Assembly (NCBI RefSeq): GCF_004010195.1
Contig: NC_057728.1
Coordinates: 54,594,719 to 54,658,718 of the forward strand
DNA length: 64,000 nt
Source of the DNA: Chiloscyllium plagiosum
Lineage: Eukaryota
Direction: 5' to 3'
A program made the translations under genes and the position numbers. Within the stretch, counting starts at the first letter, position 1. Each line of letters opens with the position of its first letter. Shown here one piece after another: positions 48,640-60,237 of the stretch. The notes beneath the pieces were generated by a model, which was not told where the DNA came from, searched no databases, and worked only from the letters and a program-made list of their open reading frames with translations.

Positions 48640-49348
48640 AAGTGTTGCTGAACAAAGAGATGTTGGAGTGCAGGTTCATAGCTCCTTGAAAGTAGAGTCA
48701 CAGGTAGATAGGATAGTGAAGAAGGCGTTTGGTATGCTTTCCTTTATTGGTCAGAGTCTTGAGTACAGGAGTTGGGAGGTCATGTTGCGGCTATACAGGA
48801 CATTGGTTAGGCCACTGTTGGAATATTGCATGCAGTTCTGGTCTCCTTCCTATCGGAAGAACGTTGTGAAACTTGAAAGGGTTCAGAAAAGATCTACAAG
48901 GATGTTGCCAGGGTTGGAGAGTTTGACCTATTGGGAGAGGCTGAATAATAGGCTGGGGCTTTTTTGCTCCTGGAGCGTCGGAGGTTTATAAAATCATGAG
49001 GGGCATGGATAGGATAAATAGGCAAGGTCATTTCCCTGGGATGGGGAAGTCCAAAACTGGAGGGCATAGGTTTAAGCTGAGAGGGGAAAGATATAAAAGG
49101 GACCTAAAGGGCAACCTTTTCACACAGAGGGTGGTGCGTGTATGGACTGAGCTGCCAGAGGAAGCGGTGGAGGCTGGTACAATTGCAGTATTTAAAAGGC
49201 ATCGGGATGAGTATATGAAAAGGAAAGGTTTAGAATGATATGGGCCAAGTGGTGGCAAGTGGGACGAGATCAGGTTAGGATATCTGGTTGGCATGGATGA
49301 GTTGGACTGAAGGGTCTGTTTCCAAGCTGTTCATCTCTATGACTCTAT
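48640..49348 (+). mobile_element. CR1 3' fragment inserted in a tRNA-SINE (48350-49440)
   Basis: VMLRLYRTLVRPLLEYCMQFWSP; ctctatgactctatg tail; SINE halves on both sides. Confidence 0.88.
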
Positions 49349-50564
49349 GGCTGTACAAGTGAGCCACTCAGTGCAAGGGGCATTTACAGCTGGGCAACAA
49401 CTGCTCACCCTTCCAGTGATGCCCCCATCTCATCATCAAAAAAAATCTAAATTTAGGATTAAATATGATTATAATAATTTGTACATACCTGAAGGAGGTA
49501 ACCAGAAACATGCAAGTAAGTTATTGGCTGAATTATTCCAATTGGTCGTATTCCCAACTCTCAGTCAAAAAGTATCGGCTCAAAGTCCTATTCCATAACT
49601 AGAGAATAAAACACTAGGCTGGCACGACCAAGTGAGTGCTGCATTGCCAAGATGTTGCTTTTAAAGTGTGACATTAAAACTGAGGTTACTCTCCTTGCTG
49701 AGATGGATGTAAAGATCTCATGGCAGCATTTGGAAGTTAAGCAAAAGGATTATCCGCAGTCTCCTGGTTAATGCTTATCCCAATACCAACATACAAAAAT
49801 TAACTATTTGTTATTATCTCATTGTTGATTGTGGGAACTTGCTGTCCATCAGATGGCTGCTGCATCAGACTGAGATTTTGTTGAGACAGATGCCTTGAAG
49901 TTTATTAACAACACTAACTATTTAGCCTCTAATGATATGTCAGACTTAAAGACAGTCTGGGTTGTGTGCTTCCTTGCTATTACAGTATTATTACGTGTAC
50001 ATAACTGACTGAATACATTACACTGGCTCCATCACGCTGAGCAGGGGGTTACAAGAAGTGAGGACATTTGTACTGGAGCATCACATGTTGTAAGGTTATG
50101 TCACTATCTTAAAGCTACATTCTTTTTCCAGGCTGGAATCTATGCAATAATACACCAGGGAATTGTGGAGATGAGGAAAGGCATTATGTAGAAACTGGAT
50201 GTTTTTCTTTTCTTGAATGCTCACCACTGATTAGATTCAATTTTCAATTAACTATAAATGTGCGTTCTACGCATCCATTTCCACCAAGGTATGGAGTGCT
50301 GTGATGTGCTCAGAAGGTTTCAGGATGACCTAGCGACAGCCACATTCTTGGATACAGAGCAGGAGGTGCTGGTTAAGACACTCCAGGGGAAGAGGGCTAT
50401 CCTGCAGTGGTACAGAAGTCCACTTCACCTTTCTGCCTATCCTCCAACAGCAGGACCTGATGATAGGTTGCAAACTAAGTGCTGATTCTACAGCATTGTG
50501 TCTGTTCTCAAAAAAGCCCGACTCAACTTCACCTCATATATTTTAAATGCACGTTCTCATTGAT

Positions 50565-50915
50565 GGGTGACATGGTGGCTCAATGGTTAGCACTGCTGCC
50601 TCACAGCGCCAGGGACCTGGGTCCGATTCCAGCCTTGGCCAACTGTCTGTGTGGAGTTTGCACATTCTCCCTGTGTTTGCGTGGGTTTCCTCCGGTGTTC
50701 CAGTTTCCCCCACAATCCAAAGATGTGCAGGTTAGGTGAATTGGCCATGTTAAATTGCCCGTAGTGTTCAGGGATTTATAGGTTAGGTGCTTTAGTCAGC
50801 GGAAATCTAGAGTAATAGGGCAGGGGAATGGGTCTGGGTGGGTTACTCTTCAGAGGGCTGGTGTGGATTTGTTGGGCCAAATGGCTTGTTTCCACACTGT
50901 AGGGATTCTATGATT
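50565..50915 (+). mobile_element. HE1-type V-SINE
   Basis: Full-length head, V-domain and tail. Confidence 0.9.
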
Positions 50916-50952
50916 ATTTTGAATTCATCTCAATGAAACAGCTGCTGTTAGT

Positions 50953-51285
50953 ATAGAATCCCGACAGTGCAGATAGAGGCCATTTGGCCCATCTGGCCTG
51001 GACTGACCGTTTGAACAGCATCTCGCCCAGACCCATCCCATCACGGTAGCCCTGCATTTCCCATGGGTAATCTACCCAGCCTGGACACACTGGACAATTT
51101 AATGATGTCAATCCACCTAGCCTGCACACCTTTGGACTGTGGGAGAAAACCAGAGCACCCAGAGGAAACCCACGCAAACACGGGAAGAATGTGCAAACTT
51201 CACACAGTCACCCAAGACTGGAATTGAACTTGAGTCCCTGGCACTGTGAGGCAGCAGTGCTAACCACTGTGCCAGTGTGCCACCC
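50953..51285 (-). mobile_element. HE1-type V-SINE (inverted relative to 50565-50915)
   Basis: Full-length on the minus strand. Confidence 0.9.
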
Positions 51286-52072
51286 AGTATGACCATTCTA
51301 AATTGGTTTATTATCCATCAGACTAAAATACCCCTTCTAAAAGCCTCACCCCATTCAATTCAAGCAGCAAAATGAGACATTCAACAATGACAAAAATAGG
51401 CTATATCAATGCAGTTTGTGTTGTTGAGTGAGAAACAATTGTTTAAGGAGATTTGAACTTTCTGAAGAATTGCACGTTGTACTTACTGCTCTTATTGTGA
51501 GGTACTGGGCTGCTGCACTGACGAAGGAGCCATATTAAACACACACCAGGCAAATACAAAGACTAAGAAAGTGATGATGGTAACATTTTGTGAAAAAGCA
51601 ATAACCCGTGCTCCTTATCTTTGACACCACATGAGAAAAGGATTAACTGAGAGGTCATATGATTGGTAAGGTCTTTGTCGGAAGTGGTAAATCACTGATA
51701 AGGAGGCTTCTAAAGTGGCAAATCAAGGATAGAGATTCTTCCTTTTGATAGAATTGCTGAAAGTGATGACAAGAAAAGAGCAAAGAGTACAGAGTGAATA
51801 AATCAGAAAAGTTCCTGCTATGACTCAAGCTGTGTCAGCCTATTGCCAATCTGGGTGCCCCAGGGCTTGATAAGAAAGACTCCAGTACAGGATAGAAAAC
51901 AGATTCATTTGCTTTAATGAGGATTGTTAACACCTTTTCAGCATTGCGATACCTCATTGATTTCAGACTGCTTAAATTGTTCAATGCGCATCTATTTCAT
52001 ATGAAATCGTTCAAGTGAGAATCGAAGTTTCAGCTTTGTCATTAAACAACAACTCAACGCATATGTTCAGGA

Positions 52073-53480
52073 TCTGGATTAGTAGTGCTGGAAGAGCACA
52101 GCAGTTCAGGCAGCATCCAAGGAGCTTTGAAATCGACGTTTCAGGCAAAAGCCCTTCATCAGGAATAAAGGCAGTGAGCCTAAAGTGTGGAGAGATAAGC
52201 TAGAGGGGGGGGGGGGTGGGGAGAAAGTAGCATAGAGTACAATGGGTGANNNNNNNNNNNNNNNNNNNNNNNNNNNNNNNNNNNNNNNNNNNNNNNNNNN
52301 NNNNNNNNNNNNNNNNNNNNNNNNNNNNNNNNNNNNNNNNNNNNNNNNNNNNNNNNNNNNNNNNNNNNNNNNNNNNNNNNNNNNNNNNNNNNNNNNNNNN
52401 NNNNNNNNNNNNNNNNNNNNNNNNNNNNNNNNNNNNNNNNNNNNNNNNNNNNNNNNNNNNNNNNNNNNNNNNNNNNNNNNNNNNNNNNNNNNNNNNNNNN
52501 NNNNNNNNNNNNNNNNNNNNNNNNNNNNNNNNNNNNNNNNNNNNNNNNNNNNNNNNNNNNNNNNNNNNNNNNNNNNNNNNNNNNNNNNNNNNNNNNNNNN
52601 NNNNNNNNNNNNNNNNNNNNNNNNNNNNNNNNNNNNNNNNNNNNNNNNNNNNNNNNNNNNNNNNNNNNNNNNNNNNNNNNNNNNNNNNNNNNNNNNNNNN
52701 NNNNNNNNNNNNNNNNNNNNNNNNNNNNNNNNNNNNNNNNNNNNNNNNNNNNNNNNNNNNNNNNNNNNNNNNNNNNNNNNNNNNNNNNNNNNNNNNNNNN
52801 NNNNNNNNNNNNNNNNNNNNNNNNNNNNNNNNNNNNNNNNNNNNNNNNNNNNNNNNNNNNNNNNNNNNNNNNNNNNNNNNNNNNNNNNNNNNNNNNNNNN
52901 NNNNNNNNNNNNNNNNNNNNNNNNNNNNNNNNNNNNNNNNNNNNNNNNNNNNNNNNNNNNNNNNNNNNNNNNNNNNNNNNNNNNNNNNNNNNNNNNNNNN
53001 NNNNNNNNNNNNNNNNNNNNNNNNNNNNNNNNNNNNNNNNNNNNNNNNNNNNNNNNNNNNNNNNNNGAATACTTCAACCCCAGGGCATCAATGTGGACTT
53101 CAACAGTTTCCTCATTTTCCCTTCCCCCACCTCACCCTAGTTCCAAACTTCCAGCTCAGCACTGTCCCCATGACTTGTCCGGACTTGTCCTACCTGCCTA
53201 TCTCCTTTTCCACCTATCCACTCCACCCTCTCCTTCCTGACCTATCACCTTCATCCCCTCCCCCACTCACCCATTGTACTCTATGCTACTTTCTCCCCAC
53301 CCCCACCCTCCTCTAGCTTATCTCTCCACGCTTCAGGCTCTCTGCCTTTATTCGTGATGAAGGGCTTTTGCCCGAAATGTTGATTTCGAAGCTCCTTGGA
53401 TGCTGCCTGAACTGTTGATCTCTTCCAGCACCACTAATCCAGAATCTGGTTTCCAGCACCTGCAGTCATTGTTTTTACCT
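52073..53480 (+). mobile_element. Penelope-like insertion with an inverted terminal copy and a perfect 15-bp TSD (gapped)
   Basis: 52073-52249 is the reverse complement of ~53267-53445. cgcatatgttcagga at 52058-52072 and 53481-53495. Hammerhead core at 52135-52162 (-). Confidence 0.9.
52250..53066. other. Assembly gap
   Basis: Run of N. Confidence 0.99.
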
Positions 53481-53802
53481 CGCATATGTTCAGGAGTTAG
53501 TTGAAGAAAATGTCCCAAGGGCTTTTACAGAGGACCGTTCTGAACCACACATACATTCAGGCAAAAAAGACATAGTAGGTAGCTTGGTCACAAAAATGGG
53601 TTGTAAAGGGGAGCTGAAAGGACAAAGTGGACATGGTGTCTTTTAGGGAGAGTCATGTTCACTCATCTGCCAAAACATTAATGAGAAATGCTGGAAAGCG
53701 ATGTACATTTCCCTTATATGTATTACTTTGACCAAACTGGACACTTACCACTTTTTTTGCTTTGATAAATTTTCTATTATCTTTACATCTAATGAAGAAG
53801 AT

Positions 53803-53840
53803 GGATAGATAGATAGATAGATAGACAGATAGACAGATGA
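53803..53840. repeat. (GATA/GACA)n microsatellite
   Basis: gatagatagatagatagatagacagatagacagat. Confidence 0.9.
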
Positions 53841-53914
53841 ATGGACAGTAACAAAAGACCGTACTACTGTACTGGGAGAGTCCGCCTATATTATGTGTTC
53901 AAAGCTCTGAATTG

Positions 53915-54142
53915 GGGTTTAAATCCATGTCTACATTAATGCAACAAAAACAGAAATTGCTGGAAAAACTCAGCAGGTCTGGCAGCATCTGTAGAGAGAA
54001 ATCAGAGTTAATGTTAGTTCTGAGGAACTGTCACTGGACCCAAAGCATTAACTCTGATTTCTTTCCACGAATGCTGCCAGACCTGCTGAGCTTTTCCAGC
54101 AATTTCTGTTTTTGTTGCATTAATGTAGACATGGATTAACCC
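53915..54142. mobile_element. Fold-back element, probably PLE-terminal derived
   Basis: Arms aatccatgtctacattaatgcaacaaaaacagaaattgctggaaaa.ctcagcaggtctggcagcat...cagagttaatg and their reverse complement around a ~30-nt loop. Confidence 0.8.
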
Positions 54143-56725
54143 TTGTTAATCAAGGGTATTATTACGGCAGCTGACAGAATGTTCGAGGACACATCCACTG
54201 AGGTAGCTTGGGCTGAAGTTAGAAACAGGAAAGGAGAGTTCACCCTGTTGGGAGTTTTCTATAGGCCTCCTAACTGTTCCAGGGATGTAGACAATAGGAT
54301 AGCAAAGATGATTCTCGACAGGAGCGAGATTGACAGGGTAGTTGTTACGGGGAATTTTAACTTCCCCAATATTGAATGGGAATACTATAGTCCAAGTAGT
54401 TTAGATGGGTCAGTTTTTTTTCAATGTGTGCAGGAGGGTTTTCTGACACAGTATCTAGACAGGTCAACAAGGGACGATGCCATATTGGATTTGGTATTGG
54501 GGAGTGTTAGATTTGGAGGTAGGTGAGCACTTTGGCAATAGTGACCACAATTTGATTACGTTTACAATAGCAATGGGCAGGGATAGGTATATACCGCAGA
54601 GAAAGAGGTATTACTGGGGGAAAGACAATTATGCTGTGATTAGGCAAGATTTAGGATGCAAAGGATGGGGAAGGAGACTGCAGGGGATGGACACACTTGA
54701 TATGTGGAGCTCATTCAAGAAACAGCTACTGCGAGTCCTTGATAAGTATATACCTATCAGGCAGGGAGGTAATTGTTGAAAGTGGGGGCCATGGTTTACT
54801 AAAGAAGTTGAAGCTCTTGTGAAGAGGAAGAAGAAGGCTTATGTGAGGATAAGTTGTGAAGGCTCAGATAGGGGGCTTGCGTGTTATAAGTTAGTCAGAA
54901 AAGATCTAAAAAGAGGGCTAAGAACAACCAGGAGGGGACATGAGAAGATGTTGGTGGATAGGATCAAGGAAACCCTAAGGCTTTCTCTAGGCATATCAGG
55001 AATAAAAGAATGACTAGAGTAAGATTAGGGCCAATCAGAGATAGTAGTGGAAAGTTGTGTGTGGAATCTGAGGACATGGGGGAAGCACTTAATGAATACT
55101 TTTCGTCAGTATTCACATTGGAAAAGGGCAATGTTAATGAGATTACGGAGATACAGTCTCCAAGATTAGATGGGATTGAGGTTGACAGAGAGGAAGCTTT
55201 AGCAATTTTGGAAGATCTAAAAATAGATAAGATGGGATTTATCTTTGGATTCTCTGGGAAGCCAGGAAGGAGATTGCAGAGCCTTTGGCTTTGATCTTTA
55301 TGTCATCATTGTTGACAGGAGTAGTGCCAGAAGATTCGAGAAAGCAAATGTTGTTCTCCTGTTTAAGAAGGGGAGTTGGGACAATCGTGGTAATTATAGG
55401 CCAGTGAGCCTTACTTCGGTTGAAGTAAGGTGTTGGAAAAGGTGATAAGAGATAGGATTTATAATCAACTGGAAAGGAATGATTTGATTGGGAATAGTCA
55501 ACATCGTTTTGTGAAGGGTAGGTCGTGCTTCACTAACCTTACTGAGTTTTTCAAGAAGGTGACAAAACAGGTGGATAAGGGTAAAGTGGTTGATGTGGTG
55601 TATATGGACTTCAGTAAGGCGTTGGATAAAGTTCCACACAGTAGACCATTGCCCAAAATACGGAGTTTTGGGATTGAAGGTGATTTAGTGGTTTGGATCA
55701 GAAATTGGCTAGCTGAAAGAAGACAGAGGTTGGTGGTTGATGGGAAATGTTCATCTTGGAGCTCAGTTACCAGAGGTGTGCCACAATGATCTGTTTTGGG
55801 GCCACTGCCATTTGTCATTTTTATAAGTGATCTGGATGTGGGCGTAGAAGGATGGGTTAGTAAATTTGTGGATGACACTAAGGTAGGCGGAGTTGTGGAT
55901 AGTGCTGAAGGATGTTGTGGATTATAGAGGGACATAGATAAGTTGCAGAACTGAGCTGAGAAGTGGCAAATGGAGTTTAATGTGGGAAAATGTGAGGTAG
56001 TTAACTTCAGAAGAAATAACAGGAATGCAGAGTATTGGGCTATTGGCAGTGTAGATGAATAGAGAGATTTCGATATCCTGATGCATAAATTCCTGAAAGT
56101 TGCCACCCAAGTCAATTGGGCTTTTAAGATGGCATATGGGTGTGTTGGTGTTTATTGATAGGGGGATTGAGTTTTGAATCCATAAGGTCATGCTTCAGCT
56201 GTACAAGACACTGATCAGGCCGCACCTGGAGTATTGCGTGCAGTTCTGGTCACTGCGTTATAGGAAGGATGTGGAAGCTTTGGAAAGGGTTCAGATGATA
56301 CCTGATGTGGAAGGATGGTCTTACGAGGAAAGGCTGAAGGAACTGTGGCTGTTTTCATTAGAGAGAAGAAGGTTGAGAGGCGACTTAATCGAGACGTACA
56401 GGATAATCAGAGGTTTAGATAGGGTGGACAGCAGGAGCCTTTTTCCTTGGATGGTGAAGGCTAACATGAGGGGACATAGCTTTAAATTGAACAATGATAG
56501 ATTTAGGACAGATATTAGGAGTAGTTTCTTCACTCAGCGAGTAGTAGGGGCCTGGAACAGTAGTAGCCTCACCGACATTAAGGGCATTTAAATGGGCTTG
56601 GACATATAGATAATAATGGATCAGTGTAGGTTAGGTGGGCATCAGATTATTTTCACAGGTTGGCGCAACATCGTGGGCCGAAGGGCCTGCACTGTGCTGT
56701 AACATTGTATGTTCTATGTTCTATG
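54143..56725 (+). mobile_element. CR1 LINE, most of ORF2 (endonuclease-RT-C-terminus) plus 3' UTR, with stops and frameshifts
   Basis: GVFYRPP, GNFNFP, SDHN, NYRPVSLTS, VDVVYMDFSKALDKVPH, GVPQ, FVDDTK, LYKTLIRPHLEYCVQFW; (ttctatg)n tail. Confidence 0.95.
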
Positions 56726-57299
56726 CTGTCGGACCTCTGAGCTTTTCCAGCAATTTTTGCTTTTATTTTTGATTTCTAGCATTAGCAGTTCTTTCAGTTT
56801 TTGTCTCCATTGATACAGCTCTTTTTGTAATTTATACTTTCCTCACACTTTTAAGATTTCCTAAATGTGAATCTTATTGTGTTCTGGAAAAATGTGCAAT
56901 ATTTGCGAACTTCCAGAGGAACTTGAGGATTTAAATAGAAATCTACATTGTAGCCAGTGTACAGTGTACAGGAATTAACCTCGTATTAACTAACGTTTGT
57001 AAATGTTTGTTCTACCCAGAGCTTTATTCATAATAAAATGCTAATTATATTTTCAATGATATGAAACCAGTTTAATTTTGAGCTGTTTAAACCGCTTGGA
57101 GAATATACAGAAGCACATGGCTGTAAACATAAGATAGTGATTGCTAAATCTGATGGAGAATCAAGGAAAAGCTTCTTCACCCAGAGACTGGTAGGAATGT
57201 TAAACTCAGAGACTGGTTAAGGTGAACACCCATAGATAGATAGATTCAAGGGGAAGTTGTGTGAGGGAGAAAGGAATAGAATGGTCATCCTGATAGGGG

Positions 57300-57730
57300 G
57301 GGAGCTTGACACCATCCAGGACAAAGCAGCCCACTTGACTGGCACCTCATCCATTCCCTCCACCACCAACACTCAGTAGCAGCAGCGTGTACTATCTACA
57401 AGATGCACTGCAGAAATTCACCAACGATCCCAGAGTGCACCTTCCAAACTTGCAACTACTTCCATCTAGAAGGACAAGGGCAGCAGGTACATGGGGACAC
57501 CACCCCCTGCAATTTCCCCTCCAAGCCACTCACCATCCTGACTTGGAAATATATCGCTATTCTTTCACTGTCACTGAGTAAAAACCCTGGAATTCTGTCC
57601 CTTAGGGCATTGTCAACCTACACTACAGAGCTGCAGTGGTTCATGAAGGCAGCTCACCAAGGGCAACTAGGGACGGGCAATAAATGCCGGCCAGCCAGTG
57701 ATGCCCACGTCCCACGAGGGAATGAAAATT
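57300..57730 (+). mobile_element. Second LINE family 3' end, ~100 bp upstream of exon 4
   Basis: Shared 3' sequence ending aagggcaactagggacgggcaataaatgccggcc...gatgcccacgtccca. Confidence 0.8.
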
Positions 57731-57831
57731 AAACACCAACATTGGCCTGCTGGGCTGAATAGCCCGTTTCTTTGTTGTTGATTGAATGTAATCTGTCTAG
57801 AGGTCTGATACTTGGTTTGATATGATTACAG

Positions 57832-57917
57832 AATGCCCAGGAGGAGCAGCATCCCCTTGTAATAAGAAAGGAGTATGCTTCGATGGCATGGGAGGAACTG
57901 GCACATGTAATTGCATG
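57832..57917 (+). CDS. stab2: Stabilin-2-like exon 4 (EGF-like)
   Basis: Acceptor ttacag|AA, donor ATG|gtaggt. Encodes (E)CPGGAASPCNKKGVCFDGMGGTGTCNCM, the stabilin CPGG..SPCN.G.C.DGM.G.GTC.C motif. Phases fit exons 3 and 5. Confidence 0.93.
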
Positions 57918-57949
57918 GTAGGTTGGAGCATTAACTGGTAAGTACAAAC

Positions 57950-58629
57950 GAACATCAGAAATAGGAACTGGAGTAGCCCATGTGGCCTGCCAAGCCAACT
58001 CCGGCATTCTATAAGATTCTACCCAAGGTAGAATCCTCTCCTTTGCAGCTCCTACCAGCCCGCCTCTCTGATATTTCAATAATCTACTTCCTACTTTATG
58101 ACTTCCAGTGATCTAGCATCCGCAGCTCTCTGGGACACAGACTTCTAGACATTCACTACCCTCTGGGAGACTAAAGTCCTTCGCTTCTCAGTTTTAGATG
58201 AACTTCTCTTTATTCTGTAACTGCATCTCCAAGCTTGAGATTGCCTTGCTAGTTGAAACATCTCAGCGTCTACCCTGTCAAGCCCCCTCAGAATATGGTC
58301 TGTTTCAATAAGGTCAACCACTCATTCTTCTAAATTCTAATGAATAAAGGCCTTAGCTCTTAACTCCTTCTTGCTAAGTCAATCTCTTCATCCCAGCAAT
58401 CATCCTAGTGAATCTCTTTTCAATTGCATCCATTGCCAGCGCATCCTTTCTTAAATAGAGCCCATTCATTGGACAACTATCACTGTCACAAAAATAACTA
58501 TATATGGTGTTGGTGAGGCCGCATCTGGACTCTACACAAGTCTACACTGTACTCCAGGTGTGGCCTCACCAACACCATATATAGTTACTTGTGTGACAGT
58601 GATAGTTGTCCAATGAATGGGCTCTATTT
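57950..58629 (-). mobile_element. CR1 3' fragment ending in a 77-bp-arm inverted repeat
   Basis: CR1 tail at ~57950; arms 58453-58529 and 58553-58629. Confidence 0.75.
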
Positions 58630-59616
58630 TATTGCAAAGATTGCAGTGAATGGTTAATACTACAGTCACGATAATGAGCTACTTTATCACAGTCATTATC
58701 CCCATTGCCAATACCACTCACAATACACTTCTGTTCAATCTCATTCTTCATCAATGCTCCATCGCTGTTGGCATGGTGAGGCACCACCGCGGGTCGCTAG
58801 ACTCTGGCATTATGAATGCAGAACTTTGGAAATTGGCATGAGATAGTCTTCACCACGTTGAAGGGAGTGACGTTGAGAAAAGGGATTACAAACATAGGTG
58901 GACTGGCCAGAAAAGGTTCGCCTTCCCTCTAGAACCCATCAGGGGCTCCTGATTGGGAGAACACTGCAGGATAATGAAGGTACAAAGGCCCCCCGTGAAA
59001 GCAATCAAGAAATGAGGGAGGAGGATAAGAATTCAAATGTAACATCTTCCCTTCAGCTATCCTGATCCACATCTCAGTGAAGCAGCTCCAACCAGGCTCT
59101 TAATGCAGCCCCCACGGACAAGCAATGTATTCTGACGAAAATCCCAGAAATACTCACCCAGTGAATGGCGATTCCACGATCCAAGCCCTTTTCCTGATCG
59201 TTGTGCCCATGGAACCAAAGGTCAATGTGAGAAATTTTCAGCCATGTCGATTCCTTAGTTTGTGAGGATCCCAGACAAGGGCAGTGTTTATGGACTTACA
59301 AAGGCATGCAACGTTAAGCACAGTTCTGCTCTGAGGACAAGGGGAAACTGGAAAAGCTGTGAAAAAAACATTTTCAAGTATGACATAGGACTGGCAGATT
59401 ACACCGATTGAACAGACTAACATTCTTTTATCTAGAAAGGGGAAGACTGATAGAGATCTTTAAAATTATGGGAGGATTTGATAGAATCAATGTAGAAAAG
59501 ATGCTGGTATTTCTTGAGGGAGTCCAAACCTGGTACTTTAAGTATGAGATGGTGATGTTTTATAGCTCACTCAGTGAGCCGAGGGTGCTCTGGCAGTATA
59601 CACGTTCCCATGGATA

Positions 59617-60237
59617 GAAACATAGAAAATAGGAACAGGAGTAGGCCATTCAGCCCTTCGAGCCTGCACCACCATTCAATATGATTATGGCTGATCATGC
59701 AGTCTCAGTATACCACTCCCATTTTCTCTGCATATCCCTTGATCCCTTTAGGGAGTCAAGCTCTTTCTTGAATGTATCTAATGAACTTGCCCCAACAACT
59801 TCCTTTTGAGGAGAACTCCACAGGTTCGCACAGTGAAGAAATTCTTCCTCATCTTAGTCCTGAATGGCTTACCCCTTATTCTTTGACTTTGACTTTGACC
59901 CCTTGTTCTGGACTTCCCCAACATTCTTCCCACATCTAGCCTGTCCTGTCCCATCAGGATTTTATATGTCTCTATGAGATTGCCCCCTCAATCTTCTAAA
60001 TTCCAGTGAGTACAAGCCCAGTCAATCCAATCTTTCCTCATATGTCAGTCCTGTCATCCGGGAATCAATCCGGTGAACCTCAATCAAAAGAATGTTCTTC
60101 CTCAGACCAAAACTGCACATAATACCCAAGGTGTGGCCTCACCAAGGCCCTGTATAACTGCACAAGGCAGCTGTACTCCAATCCTCAAATCGTTTCGCTG
60201 TGAAGGCCAGCATGCCATTAGCCTTCCTCATCGCCTG
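59617..60237 (-). mobile_element. CR1 3' fragment
   Basis: agaaacatagaaaataggaacaggagtaggccattcagcccttcgagcctgc tail. Confidence 0.85.

Noticed and set aside
52106..53316. ORFs of 150-356 aa at 14122-14953, 23608-24652 and 52106-53316
   Set aside because: Artefacts of translating through N gaps.
34090..57831. Additional stab2 coding exons or a nested gene in intron 3
   Set aside because: Exons 3 and 4 join in frame with no missing conserved residues, and no non-TE coding signal was recognised.
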